From: Actinomycetes bacterium
Lineage (GTDB): Bacteria; Planctomycetota; Phycisphaerae; JAACET01
Assembly: GCA_030614915.1 (NCBI GenBank)
Contig: JAUXAG010000001.1
Span: forward strand, 61,170 to 125,169
Reading direction: 5' to 3'
DNA: 64,000 nt
Part shown: positions 27,476 to 37,620 of the stretch, one piece after another
Position numbering within the stretch: position 1 is the stretch's first letter
How the letters are laid out: every line of letters starts with the position of its first letter
The notes under the pieces: generated by a model
Database searches by the model: none
Told to the model about the DNA's origin: nothing
The model's input: the letters and a program-made list of their open reading frames with translations, nothing else
Position numbers and translations under genes: made by a program

Positions 27476-28287
27476 GTTTGAGCCTCATTTACAGGTTTCG
27501 ATTTAGGCCGGCCAACGGTAATAGCGGCCAACTCGTTCTCCTGGGGCAGGCCGCGCACGAAAGAGGCCACAACCGGATCCCTCACAGTGGAGATTTGATC
27601 CGGGCTGCTGTCGGCAATGAGTCGCCCTTCGTGGAGCATTACAATTCGATTGGCCACCTTCCTGGCGGTGGTCATATCGTGGGTCACTACGACCGAGGTT
27701 ATGCCCAGGGCCTGCTGGAGCTTGACAATCAGCTCACAGATAATATGGGCCCTGGGCGGGTCCAGCCCCGTAGTGGGTTCGTCGTAAAGGACCACCTCGG
27801 GGTCCAGGGCGATGGCCCGGGCCAGGGCCACCCGTTTGCGTTCCCCGCCGGACAGTTGGCTGGGCCACTTCTCGGCATGAGCAGTCATGCCCACCAGGGC
27901 CAGTTTTTCCATGGCCAGCTCTCGAGCCCGCTTGTAGGAGAGCCGCAGATGCTCGCGCAGCGGAAAGACCACATTGTCCAGGGCCCTCATGGAATCGAAC
28001 AGGGCCCCGGCCTGGAAAAGAAAACCGACTCGGGCCCGCACTCGGACGAGTTGGCGTTCGGAGAGCTGATCTATCCGCTGAGCGTCGAAGAGCACTTGGC
28101 CGGCGTCCGGGCGCAACAAAATAACAACGTGTTTGAGTAAAACGCTTTTGCCCACGCCTGATCTGCCGATGACCACGGTGGTTTTGCCTCTTTCGATGGC
28201 CAGATCGATTCGGTCGAGGACTTTTTGACTGCCGAAGCTTTTCTCGACCTTGCGGAGCTCAATAATGTGATGGTTGTTCGCGTCCAT
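27472..28287 (-). CDS. mlaF: ABC transporter ATP-binding protein (MlaF-like)
   Basis: 271 aa. Walker A GRSGVGKS, signature LSGGERKRVALARA, Walker B VVLYDEP. Confidence 0.85.
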   Translation of the reverse strand: MDANNHHIIELRKVEKSFGSQKVLDRIDLAIERGKTTVVIGRSGVGKSVLLKHVVILLRPDAGQVLFDAQRIDQLSERQLVRVRARVGFLFQAGALFDSMRALDNVVFPLREHLRLSYKRARELAMEKLALVGMTAHAEKWPSQLSGGERKRVALARAIALDPEVVLYDEPTTGLDPPRAHIICELIVKLQQALGITSVVVTHDMTTARKVANRIVMLHEGRLIADSSPDQISTVRDPVVASFVRGLPQENELAAITVGRPKSKPVNEAQT

Positions 28288-28314
28288 ATTATCCGAGCCG
28301 ATTTCCGACTGAAA

Positions 28315-29151
28315 TTATACCAAGGTTACTACGCCCCAGATACTCTCGTAGATGGCCCCAAGCAGAATCGCCAGAAAGAAGTCCAGGGCCAGAATGGCAA
28401 TGAAGTTGAGGACGAAACCTTCGGTGCAAGCCCGGGCCACGCCGCTGGCCCCGCGGGCGCAGTAAAAGCCCTTGTAGCAACTGATCAAGCCGATAGCCCC
28501 TCCGAAGAAGAAACTCTTGGCCAGTCCTACAAAGATATCCCAGGATTCGACGACCTGGGCCGAGTAGCGCCAATAGTCAGCGGCGTTTACTCCGTAGATA
28601 TCCACACAGATGAAATACCCGCCGAAAACACCGGTCAGGTTGGTGTAAATAGTGAGAAAAGGAATCATCAGCAGACAGGCCAGGAATCGCGGCCCGGCTA
28701 GGATCCTCAGGGGCTCGGCCCCCATGCTTCGCAGGGCTTCGATCTGCTCGGTGATTCTCATGGTACCCAGCTCAGCAGTGAGCGAGCCGCCGACCCTCCC
28801 GGCCAGCATGACACCGGCCAGTACCGGCCCGAGTTCACGGACCACGGAAACGTTGATGATCGAGCCGAGCTGATTGGCCAGCCCGACGTTGAAAAACTCG
28901 GCGTAGGTCTGAACGGCAATGACCATGCCCACGAAGGTCCCGGTCAGCAGGACCACCGGGAGCGAACGGGCGCCCACCTCCCAGAACTGGGGGAAGATCA
29001 AGCGCCAATTGCGCCACTGGCTCAGGCCGCCGAAGGCCCAGGAGATCGTGCCCCCGGAGAAGCGGCTGAAGCGGCCGAAATTGGCCACGATCTCGGTGGT
29101 GGTTTTGCCAAGTCGTTGTACTGCATTTAGCATAGGCATCCACTGACTCAA
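28315..29151 (-). CDS. mlaE: MlaE family ABC transporter permease
   Basis: 278 aa. Motif VVRELGPVLAGVMLAGRVGGSLTAELGTMRITEQIEALRSMG. Confidence 0.85.
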   Translation of the reverse strand: MSQWMPMLNAVQRLGKTTTEIVANFGRFSRFSGGTISWAFGGLSQWRNWRLIFPQFWEVGARSLPVVLLTGTFVGMVIAVQTYAEFFNVGLANQLGSIINVSVVRELGPVLAGVMLAGRVGGSLTAELGTMRITEQIEALRSMGAEPLRILAGPRFLACLLMIPFLTIYTNLTGVFGGYFICVDIYGVNAADYWRYSAQVVESWDIFVGLAKSFFFGGAIGLISCYKGFYCARGASGVARACTEGFVLNFIAILALDFFLAILLGAIYESIWGVVTLV

Positions 29152-30011
29152 CGAGCCTGGGCAGGCCCGAGGAGTTCGTCTATTTTGGCAGCGATGTCGG
29201 TCGCTTCCATAAGCGTTTGGCCGATGAGCACGGCGGTACAGCCGGCCTGTTTGAGTTTTTCGATGTCGGCTCGGCTTCTGATTCCCGACTCGCTGACTAG
29301 GCCGGGCTGATTATCCAACATACTCGCTAAACGGCAAGTGTGGGAGATATCCACCTCGAAGGTCTGGAGGTCTCGATTGTTGATTCCCAGCACGGTGTAG
29401 CCCAGGGTGGGAAAGCCCACCATCGAGCGGCACTGGAGGAGAGACTCGGCCTTGTGCACCTCCAGGAGCACTGAAAGGTTCAAGCGTCCGGCCAAGATCA
29501 GCAGGTCCATGAGCAGGCCGGGAACCACGGCCTCAGCGATAAGCAGAACGGCATCGGCCCCGGCAGCCCGAGACTCATAGAGCTGGTAGGGATCGATAAT
29601 GAAATCCTTGCGCATGACCGGGATGGGGACAGCCTTTTTGACCTGCTTGAGGTAGTCGAGCGAGCCGCCGAAAAACTCCTCGTCCGTCAGAACGCTGATG
29701 GCGTCGGCTCGCCCCTGGTGATACTGCCGGGCAATGGCCACGGGGTCGAAATCCTTGCGGATCAGGCCGGCCGACGGCGAAGAACGCTTGATCTCAGCTA
29801 TCAGATTAATCGTGCGAGCTGGGGGCTTGGTAACCGCCTTGAAAAAGTTCCGCGGGCGAGGCAAGCCCTGAATCTGCTGCTGCAATTGTTCCTGGGGAAC
29901 GCGCCGCCGCTGCTTGCGGACTTCGAGTTTTTTGTGCTCGAGTATCTTGGTTAGGATATTCTCAGCCACTTGTCTGCTCGCGATAAAGGGCCCAGCCTTG
30001 CAATATGCCAA
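29148..30011 (-). CDS. trpC: indole-3-glycerol phosphate synthase
   Basis: 287 aa (the true start may be the GTG about 14 codons downstream). Motifs IAEIKRSSPSAGLI, SVLTDEEFFGGS and LLEVH. Confidence 0.85.
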   Translation of the reverse strand: MAYCKAGPFIASRQVAENILTKILEHKKLEVRKQRRRVPQEQLQQQIQGLPRPRNFFKAVTKPPARTINLIAEIKRSSPSAGLIRKDFDPVAIARQYHQGRADAISVLTDEEFFGGSLDYLKQVKKAVPIPVMRKDFIIDPYQLYESRAAGADAVLLIAEAVVPGLLMDLLILAGRLNLSVLLEVHKAESLLQCRSMVGFPTLGYTVLGINNRDLQTFEVDISHTCRLASMLDNQPGLVSESGIRSRADIEKLKQAGCTAVLIGQTLMEATDIAAKIDELLGPAQAR

Positions 30012-30063
30012 AAATTTACCAATAATCTAACCGGCGTATGTCTATGGTACTGTAAGAAACCGG

Positions 30064-30966
30064 GTGCTCATGTCAATCGTTTTCATAGCGGCCGAAACTG
30101 CCCCGGTCTGGCAAAAGCCTGTTTTGCTTGGTCTTCTGGTGATTTCGGTAATTCTCTGTGGGGTTTGGCTAATCAAGTCGCTGGTAAAGGGCGGGCCACT
30201 GCGCGGGGCAGTGGAGATTGCAGAGCGTCCGGGGCTGGGCGAACTGGCTCTGGTGCTAATCTTCCTGATGCTGCTGAGTTTGGGGCTGTCGTGGCTGTTC
30301 GATGGCCTGCTGGGCTCGAAGGAGTTGGAGAGTGCCTTGGGGGCCTCTCTGGGGAGTCTGTTGAGCTGCGGACTGATGCTGGCCTTGCTGGGCTGGAAGT
30401 ATCCCCGCCGGCTCAAATCACTCGGTTTGGGACTAACTCGCTGTCCGGGGCAGTTGGGCTGGGGCTTGATCACGGCTTTGGCGGTCTGGCCGATGGCCAT
30501 CATAGTGCTGATGCCGGCCAGTTTTCGGGTGGTGGAATTCGTGGTCAAGTGGGGCTGGGGGCTGAGCTATACGGCTCAATCGCATACTTTGCTGCGCGAA
30601 CTGAACGAATCCGCATCGCTGGTAAGCGTCTACCTGACGATCGTAATAGCGGTGATCATTGCTCCTCTGACGGAAGAGATAATCTTCAGAGGCCTACTGC
30701 AGGGGGCCCTGTCGCGGCTGTACCGCTGGCGCTGGGGTGCTATCGTGGTCAGTGCGGCAGTTTTTTCGCTATTCCATCTGTCGGTCAGAGAAAACGTGCC
30801 GGCGGGAGAGGCCTGGCTGGCCCACGTGGAGAAGATTCCGCCGCTGTTTTTTCTTGGCCTGGCCCTGGGCTACTCCTATGAAAAGTCGCACAGCCTTTAC
30901 CGTCCGATATGGATTCACATGGGTTTCAACGCCTTATCACTGATACTTTGGCTAAAAGCTGCCTGA
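30064..30966 (+). CDS. CPBP family intramembrane metalloprotease
   Basis: 300 aa. Motifs PLTEEIIFRGLLQG, FSLFHL and IWIHMGFNAL. Multi-pass membrane protein. Confidence 0.8.
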   Translation: MLMSIVFIAAETAPVWQKPVLLGLLVISVILCGVWLIKSLVKGGPLRGAVEIAERPGLGELALVLIFLMLLSLGLSWLFDGLLGSKELESALGASLGSLLSCGLMLALLGWKYPRRLKSLGLGLTRCPGQLGWGLITALAVWPMAIIVLMPASFRVVEFVVKWGWGLSYTAQSHTLLRELNESASLVSVYLTIVIAVIIAPLTEEIIFRGLLQGALSRLYRWRWGAIVVSAAVFSLFHLSVRENVPAGEAWLAHVEKIPPLFFLGLALGYSYEKSHSLYRPIWIHMGFNALSLILWLKAA

Positions 30967-31163
30967 GCCGACCGCTACATTCGTCAAGGTCGGCACAAAT
31001 CCGTCAGCCGAACCAGCTATGGATGGCTATCTTCGAGCGGGCCGGTCATCGTGCGCAAAAACTATGTAATGAGCAATGAGCTTGCGTCCGATGAGATTAT
31101 CGTAGGAGTCTGTCGCAGAAGCCGACTACCAACCCCACCAGGGACAATCAAGGGACTTCCACC

Positions 31164-31508
31164 ATGTTGGATAGACGTAAAGGGGCACGACTGGCCTTAG
31201 AGGCCCAAGCGGTTTATCGATTGTTTGACGGTACGCTCCACGAGGCTGAGCTGATCGACGTGGGTCAAGGCGGCCTGCGGCTGCGCTCGACTCAACCGAT
31301 CCGGACCGGCACCTGGCTGGAGATGGAGATCATCCCTTCTACCCGGCAGTTGGATCACATCCAATGCTACGGACGGGTCCGCTGGCAGAGTCCCCGGCGT
31401 CAAGACCACATCATAGGCGTTCAACTGGAAGGCTCGAGCGCTCAGATAAAGCAGTGGCTGGCCGGCCTGCGGGCTATCAGCGCCAGCACAACATCAGCAA
31501 ACAATTAG
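31164..31508 (+). CDS. PilZ domain protein
   Basis: 114 aa. RRKGAR...DVGQGGLRL matches the RxxxR...D/NxSxxG c-di-GMP-binding pattern. Confidence 0.7.
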   Translation: MLDRRKGARLALEAQAVYRLFDGTLHEAELIDVGQGGLRLRSTQPIRTGTWLEMEIIPSTRQLDHIQCYGRVRWQSPRRQDHIIGVQLEGSSAQIKQWLAGLRAISASTTSANN

Positions 31509-32236
31509 AACAATTCCTCATATGGGCGCAGAGCACGTGGGACCCCGAGTATCTCCGCCCAGACTATGGCCCGGCGGATTTGAGGCGGGGAGATTGTCTG
31601 GCCCGGAGCAAGCAGAGCAGTTCTGGGCTGGAAAACTTCCGTGTCTGCAAAAGCTGCCATCCGGGGCAATTTCCTGTCTGGCTTTAGTTCGAGGGTTCTG
31701 GGGCGGGCCGCTTTGGCTTTGCGGACGACTTCTCGACTGCGTTCGGCCCGGAGAGCTCTGGCTCGACGAACAGCCTCGTCCCGCAATCGCTGCTGCTGCT
31801 CGCGGCGGAATTGGTTTTGGGCTGCCTCGTCGCTGAGGTCCTCAGCCACGATGATCAGCTCGGGCTGGCGAGGCTGTGGTTGCGACGGCTCGGCAGCTCG
31901 GCCGGGAGCCGAAGGTATCCGAGGTTGATAGCGATGGATTGGCTGTGCAGCTCCGGGTCTTTGTTGACGTTGGGCCTGCGGTAAAGGAGCTCTTTGGGCA
32001 GGCTGGGCTTGCCTGGGGCGAACTTGGCGAGCTGGCCTGGCCCGGGAAGCTCTATCCTCATCTTCGCGTCCGCGGCGAGCTTCATCTTCAGCTTGTTGCT
32101 GGCGCTCTTTCCGCTTGGCCTTTTCGTTCAGCCAGCCGAACACGGCGATGGCTACTATGGTGAGCACAGGGGCCAGCAGCCGCCAGAAGCCTGGCTGTTC
32201 TTGGCCCAACAGAGTCATGGCCCAAAGATTGTCCAT
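31505..32236 (-). CDS. hypothetical membrane-anchored Arg/Gln/Pro-rich protein (last gene of the NfeD-FloA operon)
   Basis: 243 aa. One TM (LLAPVLTIVAIAVFGWL), a long low-complexity RQ/PQ region and a conserved-looking C-terminus AIVWAEILGVPRALRPY. Confidence 0.5.
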   Translation of the reverse strand: MDNLWAMTLLGQEQPGFWRLLAPVLTIVAIAVFGWLNEKAKRKERQQQAEDEARRGREDEDRASRARPARQVRPRQAQPAQRAPLPQAQRQQRPGAAQPIHRYQPRIPSAPGRAAEPSQPQPRQPELIIVAEDLSDEAAQNQFRREQQQRLRDEAVRRARALRAERSREVVRKAKAARPRTLELKPDRKLPRMAAFADTEVFQPRTALLAPGQTISPPQIRRAIVWAEILGVPRALRPYEELF

Positions 32237-32296
32237 GCAATTAACCTTTGACTAAACTAGCCGCCATCAGGTTCGGGCCGGGCCAAGTTAGGCCGG

Positions 32297-33376
32297 TCAG
32301 CGTTTGGGCTCAGTCGGAGGCTCAACTCCAGCCGGGCCTTGCTGTTCGGGCTTGGCTATGCTGTCCCGCATGGTGGTATCGGCCTGGATATTTTTCATGC
32401 GGTAGTAGTCCATAATGCCCAGATTCCCGCTGCGGAAGGACTCGGCAATGGCCAGGGGCACCTCGGCCTGAGCCAGGACGACCTTGGCCTGGTTCTCCTG
32501 GACGACGGCCTTCATTTCCTGCTCGCGGGCCACGGCCAGGGCTCGGCGTTTTTCGGCCTCGGCCTGGAAGCGCCTGCGGTCGGCGTCAGCCTGTTCGGCC
32601 TGGAGCTTGGCCCCGACGTTGGCTTCTCTTTCAACCCCAGCCACGCTGATATCCGCTATGTCGATGGAGAGTATTTCAAAGGCCGTACCTGCATCCAAGC
32701 CCGCATCCAGGGCCTTGCGAGAGATGTAGTCCGGATTCTCCAGCACTTCCTTATAGCTGTTGGTCGAGCCGATACCACTGACGATGGCCTGGCCCACACG
32801 AGCGATAACGGTGTCCTCAGTGGCCCCGCCCACCAGCCGGGCGATATTGGCCCGCACGGTTACCCGGGCCTTGGCCAGCAGACGAATACCATCCTTGGCC
32901 ACAGCATCGACCTTGTCGATCCCCCGCACCGGGTCTGCACCCGGACAGTCGATGACCCTGGGGTTAACGGAGGTCTTCACAGCCTCGAGTATGTCCCTGC
33001 CAGCCAGATCGATAGCCGTGGCTGTCTTCCAGGTCAGTTCGATGGCTGCCCTGTTGGCGGCAATCAGAGCGGTAACCACATTGGGGACCCGGCCGCCGGA
33101 AAGATAATGGTTTTCCATTTCCACGGTGGTGATCTCAATGCCGGCGCGGATGGCCCGAATCTTACTTAGAACTATGGTCCGCATGTCCACTTTTCGCAGG
33201 CGCATACCGATGAGCTCTCCCAGGCTCACGCCAGCCCGGCTCATGTAGGCCTGCAACCACAGACTGAAGAACTGGGCCAGCAGCAAAAGCACTATCAGGA
33301 CCACAATGCCCAGGACGACCAATATTGCGGTCATAGCCGGGCTCAACACTGCTAGTATCACTGACAATTCCGCCAT
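32297..33376 (-). CDS. floA: flotillin-like protein FloA (SPFH/YqfA family)
   Basis: 359 aa. Motif [29 protein letters not shown]...[22 protein letters not shown]. Confidence 0.85.
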   Translation of the reverse strand: MAELSVILAVLSPAMTAILVVLGIVVLIVLLLLAQFFSLWLQAYMSRAGVSLGELIGMRLRKVDMRTIVLSKIRAIRAGIEITTVEMENHYLSGGRVPNVVTALIAANRAAIELTWKTATAIDLAGRDILEAVKTSVNPRVIDCPGADPVRGIDKVDAVAKDGIRLLAKARVTVRANIARLVGGATEDTVIARVGQAIVSGIGSTNSYKEVLENPDYISRKALDAGLDAGTAFEILSIDIADISVAGVEREANVGAKLQAEQADADRRRFQAEAEKRRALAVAREQEMKAVVQENQAKVVLAQAEVPLAIAESFRSGNLGIMDYYRMKNIQADTTMRDSIAKPEQQGPAGVEPPTEPKR

Positions 33377-33410
33377 AGCACACCTCCTGTTCCAAAGTGC
33401 AAGAATTCAA

Positions 33411-33911
33411 CTAAGTTTGTTCCCTGACGACCACTCGAACCCCCTCTACACGTACGACCGTTACTTCAGAGCCCTTGTCGATTTGACCGGTTTCGGCCAC
33501 GCAATCGACACGTTCATCCCCGAACATTACCGCCCCGACGGGGCGTAAATCGGTTATGGTTTGGCCGGTTTTTCCGAGGAGCTTATCGAGCTTGCCGGTG
33601 TCGGGAATACTTCCGCCGGGCATGGCCTTTTGAGCCTTCCTGATAGCCACCCGCTTGCCGATCCAGGTATTCGGCCAAATCCGAACCATGGCGAGGATGA
33701 AAACCGGCAGAGCGGCAACGGTGACAACGGTAACTATAAAGCCCAGCAACGGACTGACCAGGAAACATTCGACGATTCCGAAGATCAGGATTGCTACCGC
33801 AGCGATGGTCAAGACGCCCTGGCTGGGGATAAACAATTCCAGGACTATTAACACGCCAGCCAACATAAACAGGCTTATAATTAGAATAGCATCACCCATG
33901 GTAGCTATCAA
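33411..33911 (-). CDS. NfeD family protein (short form, TM + OB-fold)
   Basis: 166 aa. Three TM helices, then GKTGQTITDLRPVGAVMFGDERVDCVAETGQIDKGSEVTVVRVEG. Confidence 0.8.
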   Translation of the reverse strand: MIATMGDAILIISLFMLAGVLIVLELFIPSQGVLTIAAVAILIFGIVECFLVSPLLGFIVTVVTVAALPVFILAMVRIWPNTWIGKRVAIRKAQKAMPGGSIPDTGKLDKLLGKTGQTITDLRPVGAVMFGDERVDCVAETGQIDKGSEVTVVRVEGVRVVVREQT

Positions 33912-33944
33912 TCATCCCCGCACATTTCAAAAACGAATATTCAA

Positions 33945-35504
33945 TCAGGCCCTGCTGCGGACTACGATTCTGTTGCCTTCTCTTCGGACTACCTCGACTT
34001 CGCTGCCGGCGTCGATGAGTTCGCCTTCGGTAACCACGTCCACGCTTGCTTCGCCGATGCGGACCTGTCCGGCAGGATGCAAGGGCCCCAGGGCCACGCC
34101 GATCTGCCCGACATCTACTCCCGGAGCAAGGTCCGGCGCTCGGGCAGCATCTGCAGCCGAGGCCGCCGGGGCTGCAGCCAGCACCAGCCTACCAAGCTTG
34201 GGTATGCGAGGCAAGTACTTGGCCAAGAGGATAACCCCAACGATGAATGCAAAAAAGCCGCCGATCAGCCAAGCCAAATACCCCCAGAACATATCCCAGG
34301 CTACCGGCGTCCGCGGAAATGGGAATTTCCCGGGGTCCTTGGGCATAACCATACCCAGCATGCCCACCACGACGCAAATTATCCCAGCCACACCGGCAAC
34401 ACCAAAGCCGGGCAAGACCAGCACTTCCACCAGCAGGAGCATAACCCCGACCACAAACAGGGCCATGGTCCACCACTCGGCGATCCCCGCCATGTGCTTG
34501 CTGCCGAAAACGGTGGCGAAGCAGACAAGGGCCACCACCTCCGGGACCCCGAAACCCGGCGTGTTCAAGGCCACATAGAGGGCCAACAGCCCCACAGCGG
34601 TTAGAATGCCGGTCATGGCCATGCTATTGAGAAAGGCAACCGCCAGCTCCCCCCAATCCCATTGCCAGGTTTCCCAACTGCTAACACCCAAATATGCCTG
34701 AGCTTCCTGCTCGTTTTTAACGATAGCTTTGGCAAAACCATACTCCTCGGCCTCGCTTTCGGTCATGGTCAACAGGTCCGACGAATCCACTACCGTCTTG
34801 AGATATTTCCATTGCTTGGTTTGTGGCTTTTTGCCTTCTGTGGGCAACACCTTGCCCAGCTCTTCAACGCGCGGATCGTAATCACTCAGCAATCTGACCT
34901 CGCGCTTATTTACGTATCTGATTTCGCCGGTCTGGAAATGCTCAATCTTATAGACGCTAATATCCATACTAACCATGGACTCAGCCAGAAGCTCGTTGTA
35001 GCCGTTGCGTACTGCCGAGTCGCGGAATTCGGCGCGCACGGGACTCTCGGCCTTTTCGCGCTCGGTTCCTTTGAGCTCGCCCTGCATGATGATCGGGGCG
35101 CAATCGCCAATTCGTCCGAGGTCTCTTATAATGATTTCGTTACAGGCCAGGGCGATTAGAGCCCCTGCCGAGTAAGCTTCCTTATCGACGTAAGCTACGG
35201 TGTGGATGTCTTCGGCGGACTTGATGGTTTCCGAGATGTCCAAGGCAGGCATCAGAAGGCCGCCCTTGGTGTCCAACCGGATTACGACGACGTCCACACC
35301 TTCGCTTTGGGCCCGCTCCATGCGCTGCTTGAGGGCTCGGGCGGTGATGCCGTTAATTTCGCCCTCTATAGGGACGACCACCACCCGTTTTGGAGCGGGC
35401 TCTAGCTCGTCGCTAAGCACCTGGCTAAGAGCTAAAACTGCAGTGGACAGTCCGAGAATCGTAAGTCCAATGTTCCGGAGCATTTGGCTTGTTCCCTTGG
35501 TCAA
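33945..35504 (-). CDS. NfeD family membrane-bound ClpP-class serine protease (long form)
   Basis: 519 aa. Signal/TM; ClpP-like VVVVPIEGEINGITA...DVVVIRLDTKGG; central TM bundle; C-terminal OB-fold. Confidence 0.8.
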   Translation of the reverse strand: MTKGTSQMLRNIGLTILGLSTAVLALSQVLSDELEPAPKRVVVVPIEGEINGITARALKQRMERAQSEGVDVVVIRLDTKGGLLMPALDISETIKSAEDIHTVAYVDKEAYSAGALIALACNEIIIRDLGRIGDCAPIIMQGELKGTEREKAESPVRAEFRDSAVRNGYNELLAESMVSMDISVYKIEHFQTGEIRYVNKREVRLLSDYDPRVEELGKVLPTEGKKPQTKQWKYLKTVVDSSDLLTMTESEAEEYGFAKAIVKNEQEAQAYLGVSSWETWQWDWGELAVAFLNSMAMTGILTAVGLLALYVALNTPGFGVPEVVALVCFATVFGSKHMAGIAEWWTMALFVVGVMLLLVEVLVLPGFGVAGVAGIICVVVGMLGMVMPKDPGKFPFPRTPVAWDMFWGYLAWLIGGFFAFIVGVILLAKYLPRIPKLGRLVLAAAPAASAADAARAPDLAPGVDVGQIGVALGPLHPAGQVRIGEASVDVVTEGELIDAGSEVEVVRREGNRIVVRSRA

Positions 35505-35840
35505 AGATACAGAATCAGGAAAGATTCACTGTAGTCAATTATACCTGGCTTTGGTCAGTCAGACAATCCTGCCGACTGGAAATAAAAAAGTTGTCGACCC
35601 ACAGTTGGCAGCTCGCCGACTCCGACCAACTAGCCGGGCGGGGATCCTTTGGCCAACAGAGCGGCGAAGGAGGCGGAGAATTAGATTTCGACCCCAGGCG
35701 AATAGATCATAAGCCATTTTTATAAAAGATGTTACAGCTAACAAGACATCTGGTGGATGGGATTTTTACACACTGGTGTAGCTCCAGGCCCAAAACAAAC
35801 GTATAATAGCTGGAGGATACGGATAAGAGATTGACGTCCG

Positions 35841-37532
35841 ATGATTCAAGCCATGCCCAGATTCAACTATGTTCGCTTGAGCCAACTGGCTTACCAACTG
35901 CGGATGGGGCCCAAAGAGCTTCGCCGGCGGGAAATCGAGCGGGCCGAGGCCCTCTTGGCTGACATTGACCAGGCCAAGGAGTACCCCTTCGAGTTTGTCT
36001 ATCACCGGATTACCGCTACGCAGACGCCTCAAAGCCGGCGGACCGCCAAGCCGCAAATGCTCGCCGGGGGCTTGCTGCTTGGGGATGTATCGGCCTTGAT
36101 CCTGGTGCTGTCGAATTCACTGAGCCTGAAATTGGCCGACTTGCACGAGGAGGCCACGCCGCTGGAAGATTTGGCCGGTGAGTACAATGTTTCGACCAAG
36201 ACCATTTCCCGCTGGCGAAAGCGGGGCTTGGCTGCCAGAAAAGTTATTTTTCCGGACGGCCGGCGGAGGCTGGTTTTTCTGTCAAGTTCACTGCGGCGGT
36301 TCACAGCCCGGCACGAACAAATGGTATCCGCCTCGTCCGGGTTCCAAAGGTTACCAACCGCCCAGCGAGAGGAAATCATAAATGAGGCCCGCGAGTTACA
36401 CCGGCACAGTACCTTGAGTGCCCATCAGGTCTGCGTTCGTTTGGCTCACGAGCAGGGGCGAGCCGTGGAAACCATACGCTCGATCCTGCACCAGCACGAC
36501 CAGGCCCATCCGGCCCAGGCGGTATTCCCCGGGTCTACGGCCCGGCTAAGCAAGGAACAAAAAGCGAAACTTTTCGAAGCCTTCCATCAGCGGACCCCGG
36601 TGGCGGAGCTGGCCAAGCGGTTTCGCAGGAGCCGTTCGAGTATTTATCGAATGATCAACGAAATCCGATCCAGGAATCTGCTGGGCCAGAGCATCGAGTA
36701 CATGTACAGCCCTGTGTTTGATTTGCCGGGCTTCGCCGAACAAATCGCCTCCGAAGTTCGGCCCGGCAAAGCGGCCGGTCCAACCGAAGAGCTGCAAAGC
36801 GAGCAACCCCTGCCCGAATACCTCCGCCGACTGGGCGAAGTACCTCTACTGAGCCCCCAAGAGGAGCTGCGACTGTTCAGGCGTTACAACTACTGCAAAT
36901 TTCAGGCCGATGTTCTGCGCCGGGATTTGGGGCCATATCAAAACCCCACGCCGTTAATCGAAAAGACAGAATCGCTGCTAAGTGAAGCCACGGAGTCGAA
37001 GAACGCAATCATCAGGAGCAACCTTCGTTTGGTGGTGGGCATTGCCAAGCGGCACATCGGACCTCAGGCCGGACTCTTCGAGCTGATCAGCGACGGCAAC
37101 ATCTCGCTGATGCGGGCGGTGGAAAAGTTCGATTACAGCCGGCGGTATCGTTTCAGCACCTACGCGACCTGGGCGATCTCCCGGGACTATGCCCGGACCA
37201 TTCCCCAGGCCAACTATCAATTGCTCCACTACATTACCGGACGGGCGGAGATGCTGGACGTGGCGGCGGACGGGAGAGGTGAGGGGGGACTGCTCCGTCC
37301 GGAAGTACTGGCCCAGAAAGACCTGCTGCTGGATATCATCCAGGGCCTTGAGCCCAGGGAAAGGCATATACTCACAGCCCATTTCGGGCTGGATGAACGC
37401 CAAAAACCGCAGAGCCTGGAAGCCATCGGAACCTCGCTGGGCTTGAGTAAGGAACGCATCCGTCAGATCGAGCACCGTGCCCTGCGCAAGCTCCGGCAGT
37501 TGCTGGTTCCCCACAAACAGAATCAGCACTAG
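35841..37532 (+). CDS. sigma-70 family RNA polymerase sigma factor with about 300-aa HTH-containing N-terminal extension
   Basis: 563 aa. Region 2 NLRLVVGIAKRH...LISDGNISLMRAVEKFDYSRRYRFSTYATWAI and region 4 LSKERIRQIEHRALRKL. Two extra HTH-like segments in the N-terminal half. Confidence 0.8.
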   Translation: MIQAMPRFNYVRLSQLAYQLRMGPKELRRREIERAEALLADIDQAKEYPFEFVYHRITATQTPQSRRTAKPQMLAGGLLLGDVSALILVLSNSLSLKLADLHEEATPLEDLAGEYNVSTKTISRWRKRGLAARKVIFPDGRRRLVFLSSSLRRFTARHEQMVSASSGFQRLPTAQREEIINEARELHRHSTLSAHQVCVRLAHEQGRAVETIRSILHQHDQAHPAQAVFPGSTARLSKEQKAKLFEAFHQRTPVAELAKRFRRSRSSIYRMINEIRSRNLLGQSIEYMYSPVFDLPGFAEQIASEVRPGKAAGPTEELQSEQPLPEYLRRLGEVPLLSPQEELRLFRRYNYCKFQADVLRRDLGPYQNPTPLIEKTESLLSEATESKNAIIRSNLRLVVGIAKRHIGPQAGLFELISDGNISLMRAVEKFDYSRRYRFSTYATWAISRDYARTIPQANYQLLHYITGRAEMLDVAADGRGEGGLLRPEVLAQKDLLLDIIQGLEPRERHILTAHFGLDERQKPQSLEAIGTSLGLSKERIRQIEHRALRKLRQLLVPHKQNQH

Positions 37533-37620
37533 CCTTGCCAATACGGGTCGGCAGTGATAAAATTCAAAAGGTGAATTGGTCCAGCAAGAGTCTTTGAGGT
37601 TTTTTGCGGGAGTTTTTTTG

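Noticed and set aside
29970-30881. 303-aa plus-strand ORF overlapping the CPBP gene in another frame
   Set aside because: The sequence is low-complexity and Gly/Ala/Arg-rich. The overlapping frame 30064-30966 has the diagnostic CPBP motifs (EEIIFRG, FHL, HMGFN).
33655-34578. 307-aa plus-strand ORF
   Set aside because: Antisense to the two NfeD genes, and Thr/Pro/Ala/Arg-rich with no domain. It is a shadow ORF.
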